DNA of 64,000 nucleotides from an uncultured Thermoleophilia bacterium. Lineage in GTDB: Bacteria; Actinomycetota; Thermoleophilia; UBA2241. The stretch spans positions 160,001-224,000 of the forward strand of contig CAVPCT010000005.1 in NCBI GenBank assembly GCA_963702475.1, written 5' to 3'. Shown piece by piece: positions 51,082 to 60,727 of the stretch. The notes under the pieces were generated by a model, which saw nothing but the letters and a program-made list of their open reading frames with translations, searched no databases and had not been told where the DNA came from. Each line of letters starts with the position of its first letter. Position 1 is the first letter of the stretch. The position numbers were made by a program, and so were the translations under genes.

Positions 51082-51840
51082 TCAGGCGCGCCGCAGCGCC
51101 TCCCAAACCTGCCGCGGCGTGAGCCTCCCGTAAGAGTCGCGCAGCTCCCCGGGCGGCACCGGCAGCCAGATGCGGCCGTCGCGGTCGTCGCCGACGTCGG
51201 CCGCCAGTCCCTGCCAGAACCTCCATGCCGTGAACGCCGCCATGAGGGCGTCCAGGGACTCGTGGTCGAAGTACTCGTCCCACAGCACGCCGTGGCTGCG
51301 CAGCAGCAGCACGCGCAGGCGCAGCCCCTCACGCGTGTCTCGCGGCGGCGGCGTGCCGCCGAGCAGGGTCACGAAGCCGGCATACGGGTACACCTCGAGC
51401 ACGGCCGGCGCCTGACCGAGCGAGCCGGGCAGCCAGCCGTCGGCCGGACGCTCGAAGCCCCGCCGGCCGAGCTCCTTGGAGTACGCCCAGCCGGCCACCA
51501 TCCAGGCGTACCGGCGCGCGTGCGCGGCGGCCTCCGCCGCAGTCGGCACCTGGTAGACGGCGATGCGCCGTGCCTGAAGGTCGGCGTCGCACCGCCGCCG
51601 ACGAGGCGTGCCCTGCGGCGACGCACGCTTCGGCCGCTGCGGAGCATCGATCCCCACGGCCGCCGGGCCGAGCGCGGCGAGCCAGTCGAGCAGCCGGCCG
51701 TGCCCGCCGGGATCGTCCTCGGCGGCCTCCCGCCACTCGACCACCTCGAGGGTGCGGCCGCCACGAAGCGCCACGGCCACGCTCGGCCGGCTGGCGGCCA
51801 CGTGGATGCCCACGACGACTGCTGTCGTGCTGGAACGCAT
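51082..51840 (-). CDS. DUF429 family predicted nuclease (RNase H fold)
   Basis: VGIDAP, RRCDADL, LEVYPYA, LDALMAAFTA, GRIWLP. Confidence 0.7.
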   Translation of the reverse strand: MRSSTTAVVVGIHVAASRPSVAVALRGGRTLEVVEWREAAEDDPGGHGRLLDWLAALGPAAVGIDAPQRPKRASPQGTPRRRRCDADLQARRIAVYQVPTAAEAAAHARRYAWMVAGWAYSKELGRRGFERPADGWLPGSLGQAPAVLEVYPYAGFVTLLGGTPPPRDTREGLRLRVLLLRSHGVLWDEYFDHESLDALMAAFTAWRFWQGLAADVGDDRDGRIWLPVPPGELRDSYGRLTPRQVWEALRRA

Positions 51841-51934
51841 GGGTCCCGCCTTCAGACGCTCGGCGTTTGTTGCAGAATACAACGAACGCCGAGCGTCACC
51901 CGCGGTACTCAGGTGCCGGGCCGCCGCGGCGACC

Positions 51935-53311
51935 TCACGGCGTCACGAGCGTGACGTCCCGCACCCCCCAGCGCTGCCAGTCAGGGGCGTCCCCCCGGGC
52001 CACGAACCCGATGACGTTGCGCTTCTTGTCCAGCATGCTCGCCGGGATGGCGATGGACCGCACGCCGCTCCACTTGCCCTTGGGACCTGCGTCCAGGGCC
52101 CCCGCATCCTGCCAGTTGACGACCAGCCGGACCTCTTCGGCCTGCACGTCCCAGAGGCGGAAGTGCAGCACGCGCTCCGACGTCGCCCCCTTGGCGGTGT
52201 AGAAGAGCTCCTTGGGGTGCGTCTTGTCGTTGGGGCAGTTGCCCAACGCCGGCGCGTACGGCAGCGCCAGCGGCAGCGCAGGCTTCTGCAGCGGGTTGAA
52301 GCGCACGTTGGCGAGTGGCGCCCAGTCCTCATCCCCCGTCGTGGGCCAGTCGTACATGCCCGCGCCGAGGATGCCGGTCTCGCGCGTGGCCCGCACGAAC
52401 GCCGTGGTCTCCGACGCAGATGACTGGCTCCCGAGCCCGGCTATCAGGTGGATGGGCACGGTACTCTGCCCAACCTGCTCGCGCACGATACGCACGTTGT
52501 CCAGGGTCTCGTTGTAGACCTTGGTGTAGCCGTCCACGTGGTAGGTGTAGTAGCCCATGGGGACGACGACGTCGTAGATGGCCGCCACGGTCTTGTACGG
52601 AAAGTCCGGCCAGTACGTGCTGTTGATGGTCATGCCCTTGGGCGACGGGATGATGCCGCCCAGCGGGTACGTGGCGCCGACGTAGGCGCGGATCTGTTCG
52701 GACAGCTTCTTCATCTGCGCGCTGCGCTCGCTCGCCGGTTTGACGGTGCTGTCCTCGATGTCGAGGGCGAAGGAGTCGAACTTCTGCCCGTCGGCGGTGC
52801 GCAGGTCGATGGCGGCCTTGCTGCGCCGCAGGTCCTTGTCGAGGTTCTTGAACCCCGGCAGGTACCACGCCACGACGTACATGCCGCGCGCGTGGCACTC
52901 CTGGATGAGCTCCTCGAGCGCGTCGGGGTTCGCGACCGGCCGGTACAGGGTCGACGAGGACGGGTTGTGGTAGTTGGCCGTCTCGACGAAGAGCGTGCGG
53001 ACGCCGTGCGAGGCCATGTCGGCCACGGCGGCGGCGGGGTCGTTCCAGGCACTCGCGTCGTAGAGGTCCACCCACGATCCCAGACCGCGGTAGGCGACGA
53101 GCGGCGCCTTCTTCGCCGCGGCGCGCGGCGCCGCGGCCGCCGTCGTGCCCTTCGTGGCGGCCGGGGTCGCGCCCTTCTCGGCCGCCTGCGCGGCCGCCGC
53201 GCGCTGCACCACGCCGCTCAGAGCTGCGGCGAGCCCCCCGGCCAGCAGGAGGGCCGCGACGAGCGGCGCAACACGGATCCGGAGCGCGGAATGGCAGAGG
53301 AGACGACTCAC
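51935..53311 (-). CDS. Secreted glycoside-hydrolase-like (TIM barrel) protein
   Basis: Signal peptide; YRGLGSWVD, VVAWYLP, FALDIE, VPMGYY. Confidence 0.6.
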   Translation of the reverse strand: MSRLLCHSALRIRVAPLVAALLLAGGLAAALSGVVQRAAAAQAAEKGATPAATKGTTAAAAPRAAAKKAPLVAYRGLGSWVDLYDASAWNDPAAAVADMASHGVRTLFVETANYHNPSSSTLYRPVANPDALEELIQECHARGMYVVAWYLPGFKNLDKDLRRSKAAIDLRTADGQKFDSFALDIEDSTVKPASERSAQMKKLSEQIRAYVGATYPLGGIIPSPKGMTINSTYWPDFPYKTVAAIYDVVVPMGYYTYHVDGYTKVYNETLDNVRIVREQVGQSTVPIHLIAGLGSQSSASETTAFVRATRETGILGAGMYDWPTTGDEDWAPLANVRFNPLQKPALPLALPYAPALGNCPNDKTHPKELFYTAKGATSERVLHFRLWDVQAEEVRLVVNWQDAGALDAGPKGKWSGVRSIAIPASMLDKKRNVIGFVARGDAPDWQRWGVRDVTLVTP

Positions 53312-53517
53312 GGGGACCCCCAAGGTGGCTGAAATTGGGTCTTCTCAGTATACGACGCCGCGCGAGCCGGGCCTTTTAGCACCTCGGGGACGACGGTATG
53401 TCGGAGACGCGCCGGGCAGGCCGTGTGTGCGCCAGCCCGTCCCCGCGAGCCCCCCGCCGCTTCAGGCTCCGGGTTTCGTGGTAGGTTGAGCCGACAGACG
53501 GGGGTACGGAGGAGCAC

Positions 53518-54036
53518 ATGAGCATCGCGTACGTGGAGCAGCAGCTCGGGGCGGCCGAGAAGATCCTCTACACAGAGCGGCACCACTGGGTGTTCTTCGT
53601 CGCCCAGATGATCAAGTGGATCCTGTTCGCGGCCGCCGTGCTCGCCCTCGTCATCATCCTCAGGGTGTGGGTCGCCTCGGAGTCGACCTGGATGTGGTGG
53701 ATCCTGCTGGTGCTCGTCGTCCCCGGCGTGCGCGTCGCCTGGGGGTTCCTCTCCTGGAAGATGAACGTCTACGTGCTCACCAACCGGCGCGTGATCGAGT
53801 CCACCGGCGTGCTCAGCAAGCGGGTCTCCGACTCGTCGCTCGAGAAGCTCACCGACATCGTGCTCAAGCAGTCGATCCTGGGCCGCATGCTGAACTACGG
53901 CGACATCATCGTGCTGACCGCGGCGGCCGGCGCCGGCATCAACAACCTCAAGCAGATCCGGCGCCCGATGGAGTTCAAACAGCAGATGGTGAACGCCAAG
54001 GAGGAGCTCGAGCGCGAGTTCGGCGGCAGCAACTGA
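53518..54036 (+). CDS. Bacterial PH-domain membrane protein
   Basis: Two TMs; YVLTNRRVI..TGVL, QSILGRMLNYGDI; GGAGGAG RBS. Confidence 0.85.
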   Translation: MSIAYVEQQLGAAEKILYTERHHWVFFVAQMIKWILFAAAVLALVIILRVWVASESTWMWWILLVLVVPGVRVAWGFLSWKMNVYVLTNRRVIESTGVLSKRVSDSSLEKLTDIVLKQSILGRMLNYGDIIVLTAAAGAGINNLKQIRRPMEFKQQMVNAKEELEREFGGSN

Positions 54037-54119
54037 GACGGGCGGCGGGCCTGCGGCGGCCGCCCGCCGCTCCGCGAGGGGTGCCCCGTGGCGCCCCTCG
54101 ATGAGTCATCCCTCCCGGC

Positions 54120-54827
54120 TCAGGCCTGCGGCTCGCAGCCCTCGCCGCGTGAGTGCCGCACGTCGGCGAGCTCGCGCAGGACGCCGGTGACGAGGAACAC
54201 GGTCTGCTCGGCCACGTCCACCGTGTTGTCGCCGATGCGCTCGAGGGCGCGTGCGACCAGGACCATGAACATGGCCCACTCGCGGAGCTCCGCGTCGTCG
54301 CCGATCTCGACGGCGCGCCTGAACACCTCGCGATTGAGGCGGTCGACGCAGTCGTCCTGCAGAGCGAGCTCCTCCGCGAGCTCGACGTTGCGCGACAGGA
54401 AGGTCTTCTCCGCCTGCACGATCTGCAGGCCGACGAGGCGTCCCATCTCCTCGATGGCCGCGAGCATCCTCACGTCGCGCGGCGATTCATGGCCGGAGAG
54501 CGGGACGAGCTTGGCGATGTTCACGCACTGGTCCCCCATGCGCTCCAGGCACCAGACGACGTGCAGCAGAGCGGCGACGAGGCGCAGATCGCCGGCCACC
54601 GGGGCCTGACTCGCCAGCAAGGCGATGACGCCCTGGTGGAGGTCCAGGTAGCGCCGGTCGATGGTCTGGTCCGTCGCCACCACGACCCCGGCCAGCGCCG
54701 CGTCGCCCCGCTCCAGGGCCTCCATGGCGCGCGTCAGCTGCTCGCTCACCATGCCGAAGCCGTCCAGCACTTGCCGCTCGAGGTCCCTGAGCTGCTCGAA
54801 GAAGGCGTGCCGTGTCTCGCGTTCCAT
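54120..54827 (-). CDS. phoU: Phosphate signalling protein PhoU
   Basis: QAPVAGDLR, LERMGD, LERIGD repeats. Confidence 0.93.
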   Translation of the reverse strand: MERETRHAFFEQLRDLERQVLDGFGMVSEQLTRAMEALERGDAALAGVVVATDQTIDRRYLDLHQGVIALLASQAPVAGDLRLVAALLHVVWCLERMGDQCVNIAKLVPLSGHESPRDVRMLAAIEEMGRLVGLQIVQAEKTFLSRNVELAEELALQDDCVDRLNREVFRRAVEIGDDAELREWAMFMVLVARALERIGDNTVDVAEQTVFLVTGVLRELADVRHSRGEGCEPQA

Positions 54828-54914
54828 GTCAGGTCCTGCCGTGAGCGAGGATGCCCGGACCCGGGGATCCGGCGTACGAGCGCATCGTGGCAAGCATCAT
54901 ATGCCGATCCTCAC

Positions 54915-55850
54915 TCAACCGAACCGTCCGGTCACGTATGCTTCTGTCCGGGAGTCGCTCGGGTTGGTGAACACCCGCGACGTCAGGTCGTATTCGACGA
55001 GGATGCCGATGCGGTGGTCTTTCTCGTCCTGTCCCTCCGCCACGGTGAAGAAGCCCGTGCGGTCGCTGACGCGGGCCGCCTGCTGCATGTTGTGCGTCAC
55101 GATGACGATCGTGTACTCGGACACCAGCTCGTCCATCAGCTCCTCGATCCTGAGGGTCGAGACCGGGTCGAGCGCCGAGCAGGGCTCGTCCATGAGGATC
55201 ACGTCGGGCTCCACGGCGATGCAGCGAGCGATGCACAGACGCTGCTGCTGACCGCCGGAGAGCGCCATGGCAGACGCCTTGAGGTCGCGCTTCACCTCGT
55301 CCCACAGCGCCGCCCGGCGGAGGGAGCGCTCCACGAGCTCGTCCATGTTCCCCTTGAACCCGCCGACCCTGGGCCCGAAGGCGACGTTGTCGTAGATCGA
55401 CTTGGGGAACGGGTTCGGCTTCTGGAAGACCATGCCGATGCGCCGGCGGACCTCCACCGGCTCGACCTTGGGGCCGTACAGGTCGATGCCGTGGTACACG
55501 ACGTTGCCGTGGACCTTGGCGCCCGGGATGAGGTCGTTCGTGCGGTTGAGGCAGCGCAGTACGGTCGTCTTGCCGCACCCGGAGGGGCCGATCAACGCCG
55601 TGATCTCGTTCTTTCGGATCGACATGGTGACGCCCTGGACGGCGTAGCTGCCGCTGTACGTCACCGACAGGTCCCGCAGCTCGAACACGGTCTCCGGCTC
55701 GGCGTCCTTCTTGGCCTGCCGACGCCGCTCCCGGGTCACCTCGGCCAGCTTCGCGCTCTCCTGGAGGACAGCGTCGCCCGCGGTCTCGGGGCGGACCCCG
55801 GCTTCGTCCGGCGACTCGGCTCTTCCTTCCGGCTCATCCATCACGGTCAC
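54915..55850 (-). CDS. pstB: Phosphate ABC transporter ATPase (start approximate)
   Basis: [49 protein letters not shown]. Confidence 0.95.
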   Translation of the reverse strand: MTVMDEPEGRAESPDEAGVRPETAGDAVLQESAKLAEVTRERRRQAKKDAEPETVFELRDLSVTYSGSYAVQGVTMSIRKNEITALIGPSGCGKTTVLRCLNRTNDLIPGAKVHGNVVYHGIDLYGPKVEPVEVRRRIGMVFQKPNPFPKSIYDNVAFGPRVGGFKGNMDELVERSLRRAALWDEVKRDLKASAMALSGGQQQRLCIARCIAVEPDVILMDEPCSALDPVSTLRIEELMDELVSEYTIVIVTHNMQQAARVSDRTGFFTVAEGQDEKDHRIGILVEYDLTSRVFTNPSDSRTEAYVTGRFG

Positions 55851-55926
55851 ACTTCTGTCCTCTCTCCCGGGTCTCTCCTTCATCTGCGGAGAGCTCCCGC
55901 GTCGATCATCGTCATCATGCCACACC

Positions 55927-56841
55927 TCACCATGACTGCTGGAAGCGGTTGCGGAGCCAGATGGCCACGGCGTTCATCAGCAGGGTGATGCAGAGGAGCA
56001 CGATGATGGCGGCCGCGGCGGCGACGTGGAACCCCGGGTTGGGGCGTGAGATCCAGTTGAAGATCTGGATGGGGAGCGCCGTGAACGAGCTACCCAGCCC
56101 GGTCGGATTGAACGTGATGAACTGCAGCGCCCCGAGCAGCAACAGGGGCGCTGCCTCGCCGATCGCGCGTGACACGGCGAGGATCGAGCCCGTGGCGATG
56201 CCCGGGATGGCCGCCGGCAGCACCTGCCTGCTGACCCCCTGCCAGCGCGTCGCGCCGAGCGCCAGCGCACCGTCCAGGATAGAGCTCGGCACCGCACGGA
56301 TGGCCTCGCGCGACGCGATGATGACCACCGGCAGGACCAGGAACGACAGGGTCAGGCCCGCGGTGAGCACGACCGGACCCAGGTTCAGGAAACCGCGCGC
56401 CAGAAACGCCAGCCCCAATATGCCGTACACGATGGACGGCACAGCCGCGAGGTTCTGGATGATGACGTCGATGAACCGGTTGAACCACGCCTCGGTGTCC
56501 GCGAACTGCTCCATGTAGACGGCCGCCCCCACGCCGATGGGGATGGCGACGACGAGCACGATGCCGACCATCCAGAAGGTCCCGAAGATCGCCGACTGGA
56601 TGCCGGCCTTCTCAGGGAAGCTCGAGGGGAAGTTCGTGATGAGGTCCAGGTTGAGCTTGGGCCAGCCCTCGACGAGGCTCTGCGCGATGAGCGCGACGAG
56701 AACGGCAAGGCCGACCAGCACGCTCCCCGTGACGGCGCCGCGGAACGCCCCGTCTCTGGTGCGGTGCCACCACCCACGCCGGCTGGTCAGCGAGACCGGC
56801 GGGGTCGTGGACGCGTCGTTCTGCGTGGTCAGAGTACTCAA
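55927..56841 (-). CDS. pstA: Phosphate ABC transporter permease
   Basis: [26 protein letters not shown]. Confidence 0.93.
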   Translation of the reverse strand: MSTLTTQNDASTTPPVSLTSRRGWWHRTRDGAFRGAVTGSVLVGLAVLVALIAQSLVEGWPKLNLDLITNFPSSFPEKAGIQSAIFGTFWMVGIVLVVAIPIGVGAAVYMEQFADTEAWFNRFIDVIIQNLAAVPSIVYGILGLAFLARGFLNLGPVVLTAGLTLSFLVLPVVIIASREAIRAVPSSILDGALALGATRWQGVSRQVLPAAIPGIATGSILAVSRAIGEAAPLLLLGALQFITFNPTGLGSSFTALPIQIFNWISRPNPGFHVAAAAAIIVLLCITLLMNAVAIWLRNRFQQSW

Positions 56842-57785
56842 TCGTAGACCTCGCGGTACTTCCTCACCAGCCGGATGCTGATGATGTTCATGATCAGGGT
56901 CATGACGAACAGGCTGAGGCCGACGGCGAAGATGGTCTTGTAGCCGATGCTGCCGGTAGCCTGGTCGCCGAGCCCAGCGGCCCCGATGAAGGCCGTCATC
57001 GTCTGCATGGCCTCTATGGGGTTGAACGAGAGATTCGGCATGCCGCCGGCGGCGATCAACACGATCATCGTCTCGCCGACCGCCCGACTGATGCCCAGGA
57101 CGAAGGCGGCGATGATCCCCGAGAGGCCCGCCGGCACGACCACGCGTGTGGAGATCTCATACTTCGTGGCGCCGAGGGCGGCCGCGCCGGCGCGCAGCGA
57201 TTGCGGCACGGCGTACATGGCGTCCTCGGAGATGGAGGCGACGGTCGGGAGGATCATGATGCCCATCACCAGACCGGCCGAGAGGGCGTTGAACACCCCC
57301 GGCGGGGTCCCGAACAGCCAGTTGTCCCGAAGCAGCGGCGTGATGAACGTCAAGGCGAAGAACCCGTAGACCACGGTGGGGATACCGGCGAGGATCTCAA
57401 GGATGGGCTTGACCACGCTCCTCGTCCTCCGCGCCGCGTATTCACTCAGGTAGATCGCCGCCAGCAGGCCGAGCGGCAGACAGATCACCGCGGCGATGAG
57501 CGTGACGACGAGCGTGCCGCCGAGCAGCGGCAGAACGCCGAACTTCGAGTTCTTGAACAGGGGAGCCCACTCCGTCCCGGTGAAGAACTCGACCGGACTG
57601 ACCTCCCCGAAGAACTCGAGGCTCGGGATCAGCAGCGCGAGCACGATACCCACTGTGAGGACGATCGAGAGCGCCGCGCAGGCGAACAGACTGCCGACGA
57701 TGACCTTCTCGCGGTAACGGCGGCTGCCCGCCTCCAGGCCCTCGAGGGGCCTGGAGGCGGGCCGTTCTGTGGCTGCAACCGCCAT
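56838..57785 (-). CDS. pstC: Phosphate ABC transporter permease
   Basis: [26 protein letters not shown]. Confidence 0.93.
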   Translation of the reverse strand: MAVAATERPASRPLEGLEAGSRRYREKVIVGSLFACAALSIVLTVGIVLALLIPSLEFFGEVSPVEFFTGTEWAPLFKNSKFGVLPLLGGTLVVTLIAAVICLPLGLLAAIYLSEYAARRTRSVVKPILEILAGIPTVVYGFFALTFITPLLRDNWLFGTPPGVFNALSAGLVMGIMILPTVASISEDAMYAVPQSLRAGAAALGATKYEISTRVVVPAGLSGIIAAFVLGISRAVGETMIVLIAAGGMPNLSFNPIEAMQTMTAFIGAAGLGDQATGSIGYKTIFAVGLSLFVMTLIMNIISIRLVRKYREVYD

Positions 57786-57792
57786 TTCTGCC

Positions 57793-58767
57793 TTACTCGG
57801 CGGCCGGCGAAGCCCCGCCGACGATCCCGTCGAGCACGGCCTGCGCGGCCGCGGTCTGTTCAGCGGTGATCGGCACGAACAGGGCCTGCTCGGCGATGCT
57901 CTGCGCGTTGTCCAGGTAGAACTGCATGAACGCCGCCATCTCCGGGCGCTGCAGCGCCTCGACCGACGGATAGATGAAGAGCGGCCTGCTGAGCGGCGTG
58001 TACTCGCCGGACTGCACCGTCTCCAGAGACGGGGTCACGGGACCGCTTCCGCCGTCGACCGCCACGACCTTCAGCTGGTCGGCGTTCTGCTCGTAGTAGG
58101 AGAGGCCGAAGTAGGCCATGCCGCCCTTGGAGCCGGACACGCCCTGCACGGCGACGTTGTCGTCCTCCGTGGCCTGGTAGTCGGTGCGGCTGACGCCCTC
58201 CTCACCGTTGATGGCGTCGGTGAAGTAGTCGAAGGTGCCCGAGTCGGTGCCGGGGCCGAAGAGCTCGAGCGGCACGTCGGGGAAGCTCGGGTCGACCTGG
58301 TTCCAGTTGTCGATCGTGCTGCCCTCGTTCCAGATCATCTTGAGCTGCTCGACGGTGAGGCTGTCGGCCCAGTCGTTCTCCGGGTTGATGACGACGGCGA
58401 TGCCGTCGTTCGCCACCTGCATCTCGACCCACTCGACTCCGGCGTCCGCGCAGATCTGCTCCTCGTCCGCCTCGATCTGACGGGAGGCGTCGTTGGCGTC
58501 GGTCTCCCCGGCGCAGAACTTCTCAAAGCCGCCGCCCGTGCCGGAGATGCCGACGGTCACGCGCACGTCGGGGTTCTCCTCCTGGAAGAACTCCGCCGCG
58601 GCCTCGGTGAGCGGACCCACGGTGCTCGAGCCGTCGATGCGGATGTCCCCTGAGAGCGCGTCCCCCCCGGCATCGCCGGTTCCCGATTCGTCGCCTCCGC
58701 ACGCCACTCCGAGCATCGCAATGGCCACCACCGCGGCGACGATCACGTACCAGCGTATGCGCCTCAT
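57793..58767 (-). CDS. pstS: Phosphate-binding lipoprotein
   Basis: Lipobox [35 protein letters not shown]; AGGAGG RBS. Confidence 0.95.
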   Translation of the reverse strand: MRRIRWYVIVAAVVAIAMLGVACGGDESGTGDAGGDALSGDIRIDGSSTVGPLTEAAAEFFQEENPDVRVTVGISGTGGGFEKFCAGETDANDASRQIEADEEQICADAGVEWVEMQVANDGIAVVINPENDWADSLTVEQLKMIWNEGSTIDNWNQVDPSFPDVPLELFGPGTDSGTFDYFTDAINGEEGVSRTDYQATEDDNVAVQGVSGSKGGMAYFGLSYYEQNADQLKVVAVDGGSGPVTPSLETVQSGEYTPLSRPLFIYPSVEALQRPEMAAFMQFYLDNAQSIAEQALFVPITAEQTAAAQAVLDGIVGGASPAAE

Positions 58768-58901
58768 CTCTCCTCCTGTGCTCGCTTACATAGAGAAACC
58801 GTCAGGGCGGCTCGCGCTGATATCCGCTGTAGCGCCCGCGTTGCCATCCCTGGTCCGCGGCAGCGCGAGGATCTGAGCCCGCCTCAGCGCGCCGCAGGGA
58901 G

Positions 58902-58935
58902 AGTCTGGCCAGCCAGAGTTAGCGCTCTGTTAGCG
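58902..58935 (-). promoter_or_regulatory. Putative PHO box and -10 upstream of pstS
   Basis: CGCTAAC direct repeats with 11-bp period (plus-strand GTTAGCG at 58918 and 58929); CAGACT at 58907-58902. Confidence 0.55.
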
Positions 58936-59072
58936 GTCGGTGTGGTTGGCGCAAGGCGGCGGCGGGTCCGGCGCCGCGGCGTGAGCGTGACGCACGAAGA
59001 TACCGGGGCGGAGTGCCGACGGCGGGGCGGAGTGCCGGTGCCGCCCGGCGGGCGGCCATGTCGCGCCGCGGG

Positions 59073-60245
59073 TCAGGAGCAGCGGACAATGCCGCGCGCC
59101 CACAGGCAGTCGCCGCACGTGGGGTGCGGGTTGCCGAAGCAATCCTCTTCGTTGGTCTCGGCCAGTTCGCACGCGCAGTCGGTGCACGGCGGGAAGTCGA
59201 AGCGGTGCACGCGCTCGCGGAAGGCGGCGTAGGCGGGCCTGGCCCGCACCGCCGCCAGACGCTCCTCGGGCAACGCGCCCACCTGCCACTTGGTCATCCG
59301 TTTCTCACGGCCGCGCACGAAGCAGGTGTAGCTGTGCAGCAGCGGAGGACACGGGCTGACTCCGCCGTGCCACGCCACCGCGCACGCGTCCGCGTACACG
59401 AAGGGACAGCGGCTGCGGGTGGTCTCCGGGCCGGAGCCGAAGAAGGACACCGGCCCGGACTGCGTGAGCGCGCGGCCGAGCGCCGCCCCGAGCTGCTCGT
59501 CCCAGTCGAACGCGGGCAGCTGCCATCGAGGGGCCGCCGTGGTCTCGGCGCCCGCGAGTGAGCCCGCGTGCCGGTCGTACAGCGTCTCATCGAGCAGCTC
59601 GGGCGTGTACGCGAGCACGTTGCTGACGATGACGAAGCTAGCGCCCAGCTGAGCCGCGAGCCGGCCGAGCCCGGGCAGCTCGCCGATGTTGGAGCGCATC
59701 GCCACGAATTCCACCCCGATGCGCATGCTCGGGCCGTAGTTCGGGCCGCGCAGGTCGTTGAGCCGGCGCACGTTGGCCACGACACGCTCGAGGGAGGCGC
59801 CGGACCGCACGCGTCCGAAGCTCTCTGCGGTCGCGCCGTCGATGCTCACCACGAGCTGGTCGAGCCCGGCGCTCAGGAGGCCGGCGCCGAGGACCTCGTC
59901 GAGCAGCAGGGCGTTGGTGGTGACCTCCACGCGCAGACCCCTCTCCTTGGCCAGACGCACCATGTCGAGGAAGCGCGGGTGCAGAAGCGGCTCGCCCAGC
60001 CCCATGAACGCGACCGTCCCCGGCGTGCGCGCGGGACCGTCGGCCGGCTCGGCCGCCGCGCCGGCGCGGGCCGGCAGGGCGGCCGTGGCCTCCTCGAGTC
60101 CGTCGACGACCGCCTCGTAGGTCGACCACGCCATGTGCCCCTCGGGTTCGTCCCAGGCGTGGCGCACGCAGGTGGTGCACGCCAGGTTGCAGGCGTTGGT
60201 CGGCTCGACGTAGACCTTGCGCAGGTCGTCCCGGAACGTGGTCAC
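59073..60245 (-). CDS. Radical SAM/SPASM protein resembling tungsten-oxidoreductase-associated maturases
   Basis: CNLACTTC, GLGEPLLHP, TTNA, C-terminal CTDC.C...DCFGN..PTCGDCLWA.G.VRC. Confidence 0.8.
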   Translation of the reverse strand: MTTFRDDLRKVYVEPTNACNLACTTCVRHAWDEPEGHMAWSTYEAVVDGLEEATAALPARAGAAAEPADGPARTPGTVAFMGLGEPLLHPRFLDMVRLAKERGLRVEVTTNALLLDEVLGAGLLSAGLDQLVVSIDGATAESFGRVRSGASLERVVANVRRLNDLRGPNYGPSMRIGVEFVAMRSNIGELPGLGRLAAQLGASFVIVSNVLAYTPELLDETLYDRHAGSLAGAETTAAPRWQLPAFDWDEQLGAALGRALTQSGPVSFFGSGPETTRSRCPFVYADACAVAWHGGVSPCPPLLHSYTCFVRGREKRMTKWQVGALPEERLAAVRARPAYAAFRERVHRFDFPPCTDCACELAETNEEDCFGNPHPTCGDCLWARGIVRCS

Positions 60246-60505
60246 CGCGCCCCCGCCTTCCGCCGCGCGGCGCGCAGTTCCTCGAGCGACGGAAAGCTCA
60301 AGGCACTCGCCTCGCAGAGCGTCGCGCAGTGGGAGCACCCCTCGATGCAGGAGGTCTTCGCCACGACGCGCACGCGAGCGTCGACGAGGCGGTACACACC
60401 CTGCCGGCAGAACTCGAGACACACCCCGCAGTCCGTGCAGGCGGCCTCGTCGAGGGTCGGTCCCCACTCCCTTGGCACACCATCAAGCGCGGGTGTCGCT
60501 GCCAT
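60242..60505 (-). CDS. 2x[4Fe-4S] ferredoxin
   Basis: CTDCGVCLEFC and CIEGCSHCATLC; AGGAGG RBS; stop overlaps the radical SAM start. Confidence 0.85.
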   Translation of the reverse strand: MAATPALDGVPREWGPTLDEAACTDCGVCLEFCRQGVYRLVDARVRVVAKTSCIEGCSHCATLCEASALSFPSLEELRAARRKAGAR

Positions 60506-60727
60506 CGCCGAACCTCCTGTCCGCAGGGCATCGGAGTCATGACCGCATCCGACGGCAGTGTACGCGGCAGGAGTCGGGGGCGCAGCCGACGCGACGATCC
60601 GCGGCCCGGCGGACCGGCGTTCGGGAGTCCCACCAGGATCGCCGTCGTCCTCCGCAGGGACGTCGGCCTCACCTCGCCCAGCGCATGACGGAGGCCAAAG
60701 ACGGCCCGGCGGGATAGGATGAGCCCT

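Noticed and set aside
53470-53510. SigB-like promoter upstream of the PH-domain gene
   Set aside because: Spacer between GTTG and GGGTAC is only 12 nt, and a TAGGTT -10 is an equally good explanation
31009-54075. GC-rich palindromes between convergent genes as a REP/MITE family
   Set aside because: They share only a short GCCGCAGGC-like core; better explained as individual terminators
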